From an uncultured Actinomycetes bacterium (GTDB lineage Bacteria; Actinomycetota; UBA4738; JBBDTT01), in assembly GCA_963742735.1 (NCBI GenBank), contig CAVUMN010000004.1:352001-416000 (forward strand): a stretch of DNA of 64,000 bases. The letters run 5' to 3'. The notes below the pieces were generated by a model, which had not been told where the DNA came from, did not search any database, and saw only the letters and a program-made list of their open reading frames with translations. Position numbers and translations under genes: made by a program. Of the stretch, positions 38,224 through 47,211 are shown piece after piece (position 1 is the first letter of the stretch; every line of letters starts with the position of its first letter).

Positions 38224-38585
38224 CGCCCCGCCGGCTGGTCCTGCTCTCCCTGGGCGCGCTGGCGCTGTTCGCCGCGTATCGCCGGTATCGCCCGTTCCCC
38301 GTCGTGGTCGAGGGCGGCTCGATGCTGCCGGCGATCCCCCCCGGCGCCTTCCTGGTCGCCACCGAGCGTGGCCGGGTTCGTCCCGGCGCCGTGGTCGTCG
38401 TCGACCGTCACGATCGAGAGATCGTGAAGCGGGTCGACCGCGTCGGCGACGATGGGGTGGTGGTCCTGGGCGACAACCTCGCGCAGAGCACCGACAGCCG
38501 GGCCTTCGGACCGGTCCCCGAAGCCGCCATCCGCGGGGTGGCTCGAGCCGTGTACTGGCCGAGCGCCGCCTGGCGGCTCCTCTAG
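38223..38585 (+). CDS. sodX: NiSOD maturation protease (S26 family); start codon non-canonical as sequenced
   Basis: VEGGSMLP, IVKRV, GDN..STDSR.FG; directly follows sodN. Confidence 0.8.
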   Translation, partial: APRRLVLLSLGALALFAAYRRYRPFPVVVEGGSMLPAIPPGAFLVATERGRVRPGAVVVVDRHDREIVKRVDRVGDDGVVVLGDNLAQSTDSRAFGPVPEAAIRGVARAVYWPSAAWRLL

Positions 38586-39154
38586 GGCGAGGCCTGGGGC
38601 AGACGCTCCCCCTTCGCCGAGTGGGCGATGAGGGTCTCCAGGTGGGCCTGCCGCGTGGCCTCTCGCTTCGGGCTGACGACCCACCACGTCGCGACCTTGC
38701 GATAGCCAGGCGGCTGGGCCTCGAAGAAGGCCCAGGCTCGCTTCTTCGCGCGGAACACCGCCTTCTGTTCGTTCGTGAAGTCGATCTTGTCCCGTTCGAA
38801 GGAGTACCGGCGATCGACGTCGACCTCCCGCCGCTCGAAGGCCTCGAGGCCCGCGGACGCCACCTTGCCCCCGGCCCGGAGCCGCTCGAAGCGCTCCAGG
38901 TTCACATCGCTCCAGTACGTCTTCCGGACCCGCGGCGTGAACCGCATCGAGTAGCTGTCCTCGTCGATGCGCCGGCGGACGCCGTCGATCCACCCAAAGC
39001 ACAGGGCCTCCTCGACCGACTCGTCGTACGTGATGCTCGGGCGGCCCGACGCCACCTTGTGGAAGCCCACGACCAGCTCCTTCCTCGTGGCGTGGTTGCG
39101 CTCGAGCCACCGCCGCCACGCTGCTCGTGTTCGGAAGAACTTCGGCTCGGTCAC
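38582..39154 (-). CDS. YdeI/OmpD-associated family protein
   Basis: WRRWLERNH, EALCFGWIDG, RFTPR, WS..N, AWAFFEAQPPGYRK. Confidence 0.9.
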   Translation of the reverse strand: MTEPKFFRTRAAWRRWLERNHATRKELVVGFHKVASGRPSITYDESVEEALCFGWIDGVRRRIDEDSYSMRFTPRVRKTYWSDVNLERFERLRAGGKVASAGLEAFERREVDVDRRYSFERDKIDFTNEQKAVFRAKKRAWAFFEAQPPGYRKVATWWVVSPKREATRQAHLETLIAHSAKGERLPQASP

Positions 39155-40071
39155 TCGGTCCCGCCGTCGAAGAGCACCACGTCGCAGCAGTCCGCCCATC
39201 TCGCATCGGAGGCCGCTCTCGAGGGCTCGCCGCGGCCCGGATGCAGCGTGGACTTTCCCTTCTTACGCTCCACCAGCCACCAACCCGTCCCGCCGTCGAG
39301 GCGCTCCAGCCAGAAGTGGGTCTCCCAGGAGCTGTACTGAGCCTTGGAGGCGCCCTGCTGAAGAACCGTGATCGCGATCCGCGTCGCCGAGCGCTCCGTC
39401 TCCCACGCCCCGGCCCGGCACCGCCGCTGTGGCGGCGCGTGCTTGCCGCATCGCTGCCAGTACAGCTCCCGACGTAGGACCTCGAAGGGGTCGTTCCGCC
39501 ACGTGTGCTCCGGATCGCCCGCCGCAACCGCCGCGTTCACCCCGTCGATCCGCTCGGGGAGATAGGCGAAGCCGGTGTGCTCTTTGGCCGAGTTGATATC
39601 CCACTCGAGGACCCGGTCGACGCATAGGTCCTCGTCGCCGACCAAGCAGTAGTCCTGGTGGAGCGCGAACGCTTCCTCACGCGAATGCTCCCGCCCAACA
39701 CGTTTGAGCAGGACCCATCCCGTTCGGCCGCACTCGAAGTCCTCCACCGCACGCGCCGCGATGAGGATCCGTGTCTGCGCGCCGGCAATGGTCCGGAACT
39801 CGTCCCACGCCAGCCCCGGCTCACCGACAGCGATCACCTCCCCGAGCAACCCCTCCTCCACAGGCGTGCACGCGTAGCCCGCGTAGAAGTCCTCACCGAG
39901 GAACGCACCGAAGACGCACGAGCCCGTGTCGGAGCACTCACCGGCCGTGGCGACCAGTGCCGATGCGCGAGACGGCGCGGGGTCCGGGCCGTCGGGCGGA
40001 CCGCCGGGCGGACTGCCGGTGCAGGCGGTCAACACCGCGAGGGCGAGCGCAAGCATCCTTTGGCACATCAC
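39151..40071 (-). CDS. Cys-rich hypothetical lipoprotein
   Basis: Lipobox LTAC, Pro linker, about 10 further Cys; stop overlaps the ydeI start. Confidence 0.6.
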   Translation of the reverse strand: MMCQRMLALALAVLTACTGSPPGGPPDGPDPAPSRASALVATAGECSDTGSCVFGAFLGEDFYAGYACTPVEEGLLGEVIAVGEPGLAWDEFRTIAGAQTRILIAARAVEDFECGRTGWVLLKRVGREHSREEAFALHQDYCLVGDEDLCVDRVLEWDINSAKEHTGFAYLPERIDGVNAAVAAGDPEHTWRNDPFEVLRRELYWQRCGKHAPPQRRCRAGAWETERSATRIAITVLQQGASKAQYSSWETHFWLERLDGGTGWWLVERKKGKSTLHPGRGEPSRAASDARWADCCDVVLFDGGTE

Positions 40072-40104
40072 GGATAGGACGGTACCGCTTGGGGGGCCGT
40101 TCCC

Positions 40105-41343
40105 TTACTCGGCGAACTCGAGCGAGGCGGGCTCGACGTGGCCGCCCCGCACGGACGGCAGGCGCCACAGGACCAGGGCGACCAGCAGGATCACCGGCAC
40201 CTGCATCAGCAGGGTCGCCGCCCGGGGACCCGCCGCGTCGGCGACCACGCCGTCGAGGATCCCCGCCGGGAACCGCATCCCGAGCGCGCAGAGCGTCCAG
40301 ATCGCCATCACCCGCCCGCGCACGCGGTCCGGGACGCTCTGCTGGATGCCCGTGGTGAACAGCGTGATCGTCGCCAGGCTGCCGACGCCGGCGACGAACA
40401 GCGCGATCAGGCCCACCTCGTAGGCCGGGCTCAGCCCGAAGCCGACCATCCCCAGGGCCATCACGCTCAGGGTCAGCGCGCCCAGACGGATGTTCGCCTC
40501 GGCCCTGCGGAACAGCCGGCCGATGCCGAACGCCGCGGCGATGCTTCCCGCCCCGAACGCGGTGATGAAGATCGGAGCCGCCGCCCCGCTGCGGCCGAAC
40601 TCGTCGACCGCGAACGCCGGCGCCAGCGTGTTCACCGGGTCCAGCGCGATCGCCAGCCCGGCGATGCCGAGCAGCATGCCCCGGACCGCCCGGTCGTCCC
40701 ACGCCGCGCGGAACCCCTCGGCGAGGGTCGAGCGGGTCTCCACCACCGGCGCCGGCCGGGGCCGGATCCGCAGCAGCGCCACGATGAACACCACGAACGT
40801 CAGCGCGTTCAGCGAGAACGCCAGCGTGTAGCTCAGCCCGGCCAGGGCCGCCGCGGCGAGGACCGGCCCGATCACCCGGGCGAGGTTGAACGTGACCGCG
40901 GTGAGCCCGACCGCGGGCCCGAGCTCGCGCGGCTCGACCAGCGAGGGGATCAGCGCATGCATCGTCGGGATCGACAGCGCGTATCCGATTCCCAGCACGA
41001 TCGACGTCGCGTAGATCCAACCCGGCGTGACCATGTCCAGCCCGGTCACGACCGCCAGCACCGCCACCGACCCGAACGACAGCGCCTGGGTCAGGACGAA
41101 GATCCGCCGCCGGTCGAAGCGGTCGGCCAGCGCGCCACCCACCAGCGCCAGGAACAGCACCGGCATGAACATGAGCGCGGTGGTCAGCCCGACCGCGGTG
41201 TTCCGGCCGGTGAGGTCGAACACGAGCACGGCCACCGCCGCGTTCTGGACGTAGGACCCGATCTGCGAGACGGCGTTGCCGATGAAGAACCACCGGAAGT
41301 CGGGGTTCGAGATCGCGGCCCGAGCCGGACCCGGCGGCTTCAG
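40105..41343 (-). CDS. MFS transporter (EntS/DUF894-like); start uncertain, probably CTG
   Basis: FRWFFIG..VSQIG, GGALADRFDRRR, FNLARVIGP, RGRVMAIW. Confidence 0.85.
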   Translation of the reverse strand: MKPPGPARAAISNPDFRWFFIGNAVSQIGSYVQNAAVAVLVFDLTGRNTAVGLTTALMFMPVLFLALVGGALADRFDRRRIFVLTQALSFGSVAVLAVVTGLDMVTPGWIYATSIVLGIGYALSIPTMHALIPSLVEPRELGPAVGLTAVTFNLARVIGPVLAAAALAGLSYTLAFSLNALTFVVFIVALLRIRPRPAPVVETRSTLAEGFRAAWDDRAVRGMLLGIAGLAIALDPVNTLAPAFAVDEFGRSGAAAPIFITAFGAGSIAAAFGIGRLFRRAEANIRLGALTLSVMALGMVGFGLSPAYEVGLIALFVAGVGSLATITLFTTGIQQSVPDRVRGRVMAIWTLCALGMRFPAGILDGVVADAAGPRAATLLMQVPVILLVALVLWRLPSVRGGHVEPASLEFAE

Positions 41344-42749
41344 GGCGTCGGTCCGCGTCCCGCGGCCCACGCGTCCAGGAGGGCGTAGGCCTCGTCCTTG
41401 TCGATGGGGCCGCGATCCATCCGCAGCTCCAGCAGGTGGTCGAGCGCCTCGCCGACGACCGGGCCGGGCGGGACGCCCAGGTGGGACATGACCTCGTTCC
41501 CGTCGAGGGGTGGCCGGATCTTCTTGAGGTTCTCCTCCTCGGCCAGGCGCGCCACCCGCTCCTCGAGCTCGTCCTGCAGGGCGGCCAGCGCGCGGGCCTT
41601 GAACGGGTTCCGCGTGGTGCAGTCCGCCCGCACCAGCTGGTTGAGGGGGTCGAGCAGCTCGCCGGCGTCGCGGACGTAGCGCCGCACCGCGCCGTCGGAC
41701 CACCCCATCGCGTACGTGTGGAAGCGCAGGTGCATCTCCACGAGCTTCACGACGTCGGCGATCTGGCGCTCCGGATAGCGCAGGGCCCGCAGCCGCTCCT
41801 CGGCCATGCGCGCCCCGACCACCTCGTGGTGGTGGAACGACACGCCGTCGTCGGTGAACTGGCGGGTCCGCGGCTTCCCGACGTCGTGGAACAGCGCCGC
41901 CAGGCGGAGGGTCTCGTCCTCCTGCCTGCAGCGCTCGATCACCGCCAGCGTGTGCCGGAACACGTCCTTGTGCTTGTGGATGGGGTCCTGCTCCAGGCGC
42001 AGCGCCGGCAGCTCGGGCAGGAACACCTCGGCCAGTCCGGTGTCGACCACGATCTCCAGCCCGCGCGAGGGCCTCGCGGCGACCAGGAGCTTGTTGAGCT
42101 CGTCGCGGATCCGCTCGGGCGAGACGATGCGCAGGCGCTCGCGCATCTCCTCGATCGCCGCGAGGACCTCCGTGGTGGGGACGGCCTCGATCGAGGACGC
42201 GAACCGCGCCGCGCGAAGCATCCGCAGCGGGTCGTCCTCGAAGGAGACGTGCGGGTCGAGCGGCGTGGCCAGGCGTTTCTCGGCCAGGTCGAGCAGGCCC
42301 CCAAACGGATCGACGAACTCCCCGTCGGGCAGACGGACGGCCATCGCGTTGATGGTGAAGTCGCGCCGCGACAGGTCGGCCTGGAGGTCACCGACGAAGG
42401 AGACCTCCGGGTGGCGGTCGTCTTCCGGGTAAGACTCCTCGCGGAAGGTCGTGATGTGCATCGGATGCTCGCCCTTCGCGGCGTCGACGGTCCCGTACTT
42501 CACCCCGGTCAGGAACTGACGGTCGGCCCAGCCGCGAATGACGCGGACGGTCTCCTCGGGCCGGGCGTCGGTCGCGAAGTCCAGGTCCTCGCTCGGACGC
42601 CCGAGCAGGGCGTCACGGACCCACCCGCCCACCAAGTAGAGCTCGTGGCCGGCGTCGCGGAACCGCTCGCCGAGCTCGGCGGCGACCGGCGTCACGTTCA
42701 GCAGCTCGCCGAGGCGGCGCTGCTGGTCGGGAGAGAGCTGCTGGGCCAT
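41340..42749 (-). CDS. pcnA: CCA tRNA nucleotidyltransferase with HD domain
   Basis: LVGGWVRD, DLDFAT, DLSRRDFTINAM, DDPLRMLRAARF, HDVGK, HHEVVG. Confidence 0.95.
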   Translation of the reverse strand: MAQQLSPDQQRRLGELLNVTPVAAELGERFRDAGHELYLVGGWVRDALLGRPSEDLDFATDARPEETVRVIRGWADRQFLTGVKYGTVDAAKGEHPMHITTFREESYPEDDRHPEVSFVGDLQADLSRRDFTINAMAVRLPDGEFVDPFGGLLDLAEKRLATPLDPHVSFEDDPLRMLRAARFASSIEAVPTTEVLAAIEEMRERLRIVSPERIRDELNKLLVAARPSRGLEIVVDTGLAEVFLPELPALRLEQDPIHKHKDVFRHTLAVIERCRQEDETLRLAALFHDVGKPRTRQFTDDGVSFHHHEVVGARMAEERLRALRYPERQIADVVKLVEMHLRFHTYAMGWSDGAVRRYVRDAGELLDPLNQLVRADCTTRNPFKARALAALQDELEERVARLAEEENLKKIRPPLDGNEVMSHLGVPPGPVVGEALDHLLELRMDRGPIDKDEAYALLDAWAAGRGPTP

Positions 42750-42767
42750 GGCCCGTTGAGGATAGCG

Positions 42768-43892
42768 TCAGGTAATGGCGACGGGCTCGAGGCCGCGCTT
42801 GCGAAGGCCCTTGATGATCCGGGCGAGGGCGTCGACGGTGTTCGAGCGGTCGCCCCCGCCGTCGTGCAGCAGGATGATCGCCCCCGGCCGCGCGTCACGC
42901 AGGACGCGACCCACCACGGTGTTCACCGGCGGCCGCGTCCAGTCCCGGGAGTCGACCGCCCACAGGACCGTGCGCATGCCCCGCGCCTCGGCCTCGTCCC
43001 TGACGAACTCCGACCAGGAGCCGCCCGGAGGCCGGAACCCGACCGGGGCGATCCCCAGGCGGTTCAGGACGCGCTGCATGCGGTCCATCTCCCCGCGGAT
43101 CTCCTTACGGGGACGGCGCGCGAACGGTCCTCCGATCGGATGCGCGTAGGTGTGGTTCCCGACCGTGTGGCCCTCCCGGATCATGCGTTTCACCAGCCCG
43201 GGATAGCGCTCCACCAGCGTGCCGACGACGAAGAACGTCGCCTTCACCTTGAAGCGCTTCAGGATGTCGAGGATCTTCGGCGTGTAGGTCGGCGACGGGC
43301 CGTCGTCGAACGTCAGCGACACCTCGAGCGGCGCGTTGTACGGCCCCGTGGGCCGGAAGACCGAGGAGACCAGCTTGCCCGAGACCTTTCCCCGGGTGGT
43401 GACCTGCTGCCCCGGGGCCGTGGCCAGGCTGGCCTGCGGGTTGGCGACCCGGCCGCCCGGCACGCGCACGACGTGCTCGACGAGCGACTCCACCCGGTCC
43501 CTCCCGTCGACCACCTCCACCACGTCGCCGTCGCCGAGCACCCGGCCGGGCTCGGCGGCCTCGCCGTTGACCTCCAGGTGGCCCGGGAACCGGCCCGCCT
43601 CGAGCACCACCCGCTCGACGTCGAGGAAGTCGCCGGCGAGCGGCCGGAGGTCCTCGGCGATGCGAACCTCGTCGAGCGTCGTCCCCGGCGTGAGGGACCG
43701 AACGACATCGCCCACCCGGACCTGGATGGGCGACGGCAGGTCGTCGAGCGGCAACGGCAGCGCCACGACGACCGCGGACACGCCGGCCACCGTGAGCCGC
43801 CGGCGCCATCGCACCCACCGGCGCCGGCGCCGGGATGGAGCGCGGCCGGGCCTGCCGTCCTCCAGCAGCTCGGGGCGTGCCTCCGTCTTCAC
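42768..43892 (-). CDS. Membrane-anchored polysaccharide deacetylase (NodB) with ubiquitin/G5-like N-terminal region
   Basis: LTFDDGP, ATFFVVG, GNHTYAH, FRPPGG, DSRDW, ILLHDGG. Confidence 0.85.
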   Translation of the reverse strand: MKTEARPELLEDGRPGRAPSRRRRRWVRWRRRLTVAGVSAVVVALPLPLDDLPSPIQVRVGDVVRSLTPGTTLDEVRIAEDLRPLAGDFLDVERVVLEAGRFPGHLEVNGEAAEPGRVLGDGDVVEVVDGRDRVESLVEHVVRVPGGRVANPQASLATAPGQQVTTRGKVSGKLVSSVFRPTGPYNAPLEVSLTFDDGPSPTYTPKILDILKRFKVKATFFVVGTLVERYPGLVKRMIREGHTVGNHTYAHPIGGPFARRPRKEIRGEMDRMQRVLNRLGIAPVGFRPPGGSWSEFVRDEAEARGMRTVLWAVDSRDWTRPPVNTVVGRVLRDARPGAIILLHDGGGDRSNTVDALARIIKGLRKRGLEPVAIT

Positions 43893-43914
43893 CGCCCGAT
43901 TGTAGGTTCGGCCG

Positions 43915-43940
43915 GTTTGTCCGCCGTGGAGGCCGGGTAC
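43915..43940 (+). promoter_or_regulatory. SigB/SigF-type general stress promoter
   Basis: GTTT-N16-GGGTAC upstream of the KGG stress gene. Confidence 0.65.
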
Positions 43941-43991
43941 CAAGCCAAAAGGCGTCCCGGCATACCCAACCCCGAGCGAGGAGGGTGATTC

Positions 43992-44183
43992 ATGCCCGGC
44001 CGGAGCAAGATGAGCCGAGCCGAGGCCGGCCGCAAGGGCGGCCTCACCACCAAGCAGCGCCACGGCCCGGAGTTCTTCGAGCGCATCGGGCGCATCGGAG
44101 GCAAGAAGGGCGGCGACACGACCAAGCGCCGCTACGGGATCGAGTTCTACCAGACGATCGGGCGCAAGGGCGGCTCGAAGTAG
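43992..44183 (+). CDS. KGG-repeat general stress protein (GsiB/Em-like)
   Basis: EAGRKGG, FFERIG..GGKKGG, FYQTIGRKGG repeats; GAGGAGG SD. Confidence 0.9.
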   Translation: MPGRSKMSRAEAGRKGGLTTKQRHGPEFFERIGRIGGKKGGDTTKRRYGIEFYQTIGRKGGSK

Positions 44184-44207
44184 CCCGGCCCCGCACGGGG
44201 GCCTGGG
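44184..44207 (+). terminator. Possible hairpin terminator
   Basis: GGCCCC-GCACG-GGGGCC stem directly after the stop; no U tract. Confidence 0.35.
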
Positions 44208-44231
44208 GAGGCTCGACTAAGCTCCCCCGCG

Positions 44232-44699
44232 ATGCGATCGAGCGTTGACGTGCACAACGCGCTGATCGAGCGCGGCGTCCCCCACGAGCTGGTCCCGATC
44301 CGGGGGCGCATGCGCAAGCCGGATCGGATCGCGGCCGTCTTCGGGCTCGACCCCGCCCAGGTGGGGCGGGTCGTCCTGTACGAGGGCGAGGGCCGCCTGG
44401 TCGCCGCGCTGCTGGCGGCGGCACAGCGGCCCGATCCCAAGCGGGTGGCGGCCGCCGCCGGACTCTCCAGGGCCCGCGAAGTTCGCGCCGCCCGGACCAG
44501 CCAGCTCACGGGGTTCCTGCACGAGGCCCTGCCGCCCGTGGCCCTGCCGGCCGAGGTCGACCTGTTCCTCGACGAGGGCCTTTCGAACGGCGACGTCCTG
44601 TACTTCCCCGGCGGCGAGGCGTCGTCGGTCCTGAAGATCCGCGGCGCCGATCTGGTTCGCGCCACCGGGGCGACCGTGGCGCGGCTCGTCCGCGAGTGA
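44232..44699 (+). CDS. Divergent YbaK/ProX-like aminoacyl-tRNA editing domain protein
   Basis: Fold pattern A..FG.DP.QV..VV, LTGF...LPP, LFLD, YFPGG...LKI...DL. Confidence 0.7.
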   Translation: MRSSVDVHNALIERGVPHELVPIRGRMRKPDRIAAVFGLDPAQVGRVVLYEGEGRLVAALLAAAQRPDPKRVAAAAGLSRAREVRAARTSQLTGFLHEALPPVALPAEVDLFLDEGLSNGDVLYFPGGEASSVLKIRGADLVRATGATVARLVRE

Positions 44700-45130
44700 A
44701 GACCCGGTTCGCCGTCTCGTCCGGCGGCGTCGTCGTCCGTCCTTCGGGCGAGAGTTGGGAGACGGTCCTCGCATCCCGGCGCACCCGGGGCGGCGAACTC
44801 GTATGGGGCCTCGCCAAGGGCCAGATCGAGCCGGGCGAGTCGACGGAGCAGGCGGCCCTGCGCGAGGTGCAGGAGGAGACCGGGATCGAGGCCAAGCTCC
44901 TGGGCCCGCTCGAGGAAATCTCCTACTGGTTCGTGTGGGAGGGAGAGCGCGTCAAGAAGACCGTGCACTTCTACCTGATGGAGGCCACGGGCGGCGACGC
45001 CTCGCTCCACGACAAGGAGATGGAGGAGGTCCGCTGGTTCCCGATGGACGAGGCGGTCTCCCTGGCGGGCTACGCCAGCGAGCGCAAGGTACTCAAGGTG
45101 GCGAAGGCCGCGATCGAAGCGGCGACCTGA
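44696..45130 (+). CDS. NUDIX hydrolase
   Basis: Nudix box KGQIEPGESTEQAALREVQEETG; KTVHFYLM. Confidence 0.92.
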   Translation: MKTRFAVSSGGVVVRPSGESWETVLASRRTRGGELVWGLAKGQIEPGESTEQAALREVQEETGIEAKLLGPLEEISYWFVWEGERVKKTVHFYLMEATGGDASLHDKEMEEVRWFPMDEAVSLAGYASERKVLKVAKAAIEAAT

Positions 45131-45159
45131 TGGCTCGACGGTAGGATGGCCCACCGGCC

Positions 45160-47211
45160 ATGAGACGGCTCCCGGCGGCCCTCTTCGTCCTGCTCCTGAC
45201 CGTGTCCGCCATCCCGGCGGCCGCCCAGGACGATCCGGCGCCCCCCGTCGAGCTTCGGCTGCTGGAACAGACCGCCTGGAACGGTCCCCAGCGCGGCCAG
45301 CGCGTGCTCACGGTTCGGGTCCGCGCCCAGAACGACGGCGAGGAGGACCTGGGCCGCCTGACGCTGGCCATGACGATCTTCGCCCCGGCGCGCGGCCGCC
45401 TGGAGTACGAGGAGAGCCTGTCGGGAGACGCCACCGCGGAGATCGACACCGACCCGCGTGAGCAGCCCGGCCCGCTCCCCGCGGGAGGGTCCCGCGAGTT
45501 CGAGGTGGTGAAGACGCTCAACGAGCTCATCGATCGCGGTGACACCGCCGTGTACCCGATGAAGCTGGAGCTGCGCTCGGACGACGTCCCCGTCGCGACC
45601 ATCCGCTCCCCCATCGTCTTCGTGGTCCCGGAGGAGGAGGTCGAGCCGCTGCGCGTGTCCACGACGATCGTGCTGGCCGACCGTCTGCACCAGGATCCCG
45701 CGGGCCGGTTCCTCGACCGGTCACTGGAGGCCGCGGTCGGCCCGGACGGATGGCTGGCCGGCGTCGTGAACGCCCTCCGCGACGACGATGACCTGGTGGC
45801 GACACTGGCGATCTCGCCGCTCCTCCTCCGGCAGCTGGCCGAGATGCGCGACGGCTACGAGGTGACGGGCGAGGGTGGCGGGGCGGTCGGCCAGGGAGCC
45901 CGTGGGGCCGCCGACGCGGCTCGCTCCCTCACCGAGCTGTCGGCGCTCGTCGCGCAGGGTGAGCCGGACCTGGCCACGTACCCGTTCGCCGGGCCCTCGC
46001 TTCCGGCCCTGGCGGCGGGCGGGCTGGACCGCGACATCCGCAACCAGCTCCTGCGCGGGGCGGCGCTCGTCGAACGGCTCGTCGGCCGCGCCCCGGACCC
46101 GTCGCTGATCCGGCCCCCCCTCGGCCATCTGGACGGCGAGTCCCTGGGCGAGCTCGAGGCCCTCTCCGAGGGCAAGCGGCCGACGGTGCTGCTCGATTCC
46201 GGGTCCGCCGTCCCTCCCGAGGACGCCGAGGGGCTCGGGTTCAGCCCGGCCGCGTCGGGCCGCGCCCAGGCCGGCGACGTCGAGCTGCCGGCCATCCTGG
46301 CGAGCGCGAGCCTGCAGTCCGTGCTCGAGACGGTTCCCGATGACCCCGTGCTTCGCGCGCAGGCCGCACTCGGCGAGCTCGCGGTGATCCACCAGGAGCG
46401 GCCCGGGGTGCTCCGCGGCGTGGCGGTGGTCCTCGGCGAGAGTCGGCGTCCTCAGGCCGCGTTCGTCCGGGCGTTCCTGGCCGGGCTGCGCTCGGTGCCC
46501 CTCCTGCAGGCGAGGCGCGCCGGCGAGTTCCTCACTGAGCTCCGCACCGACGCCGAGTTCCCGCTGGCCGATCGCTCCTCTCCCCAGTTCACCGCCGACT
46601 ACGAGGCCGACATCCGCCAGACCCGCGATCAGATCGAGCGCTTCCGCTCGGTGTTCCTCGAGGCCGCCGACCTCTCCTCGACGATGGGCGAGCTGGTCCT
46701 GCTCGCGGAGGCCCAGCAGTTCATCCGCGACGAGGAGGCCGGGCGGGGGTTCCTGCGCCGGGTCCAGGGGATCGCCGAGGGACGGTTCGCCAAGATCACG
46801 ACGGTGGGAACGGAGCAGCCCGTCACGCTCGCCTCTCGCAGCGGCCCCGTGCCGGTGAGCATCCGCAACGACGGGGGCGGGACCGCCGCGATCCGGGTGC
46901 ACCTGCTCTCCCCGAGCCTCCGGTTCCAGGGCGGCGACGTTCGCGACATCACCGTGGAACCGGGGGTGACGACCTTCCCGTTCGTCGCCCAGACCCGACG
47001 CGGCGGCCGGTTCCCGGTGCAGCTGGTCCTGTGCCCCCCCGACACCGCGCCGCAGGACTGCGAACCGGGCGACCGGGCGGCGATCTCCGACGCCACGATC
47101 ATCGTGCGCTCGACCGTGTACAACCGCGTGGCGCTCGTCCTGACGATCGGCGCGGCGGTGTTCCTGCTGGCCGGATGGGGAAGGCGGGTGATCCGACGGG
47201 CTCGGACGTGA
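45160..47211 (+). CDS. DUF6049-like secreted protein with C-terminal TM
   Basis: Signal peptide, VYP, LAISP.LL, VTLASRSGPVPVSIRN; syntenic between NUDIX and murJ. Confidence 0.75.
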   Translation: MRRLPAALFVLLLTVSAIPAAAQDDPAPPVELRLLEQTAWNGPQRGQRVLTVRVRAQNDGEEDLGRLTLAMTIFAPARGRLEYEESLSGDATAEIDTDPREQPGPLPAGGSREFEVVKTLNELIDRGDTAVYPMKLELRSDDVPVATIRSPIVFVVPEEEVEPLRVSTTIVLADRLHQDPAGRFLDRSLEAAVGPDGWLAGVVNALRDDDDLVATLAISPLLLRQLAEMRDGYEVTGEGGGAVGQGARGAADAARSLTELSALVAQGEPDLATYPFAGPSLPALAAGGLDRDIRNQLLRGAALVERLVGRAPDPSLIRPPLGHLDGESLGELEALSEGKRPTVLLDSGSAVPPEDAEGLGFSPAASGRAQAGDVELPAILASASLQSVLETVPDDPVLRAQAALGELAVIHQERPGVLRGVAVVLGESRRPQAAFVRAFLAGLRSVPLLQARRAGEFLTELRTDAEFPLADRSSPQFTADYEADIRQTRDQIERFRSVFLEAADLSSTMGELVLLAEAQQFIRDEEAGRGFLRRVQGIAEGRFAKITTVGTEQPVTLASRSGPVPVSIRNDGGGTAAIRVHLLSPSLRFQGGDVRDITVEPGVTTFPFVAQTRRGGRFPVQLVLCPPDTAPQDCEPGDRAAISDATIIVRSTVYNRVALVLTIGAAVFLLAGWGRRVIRRART

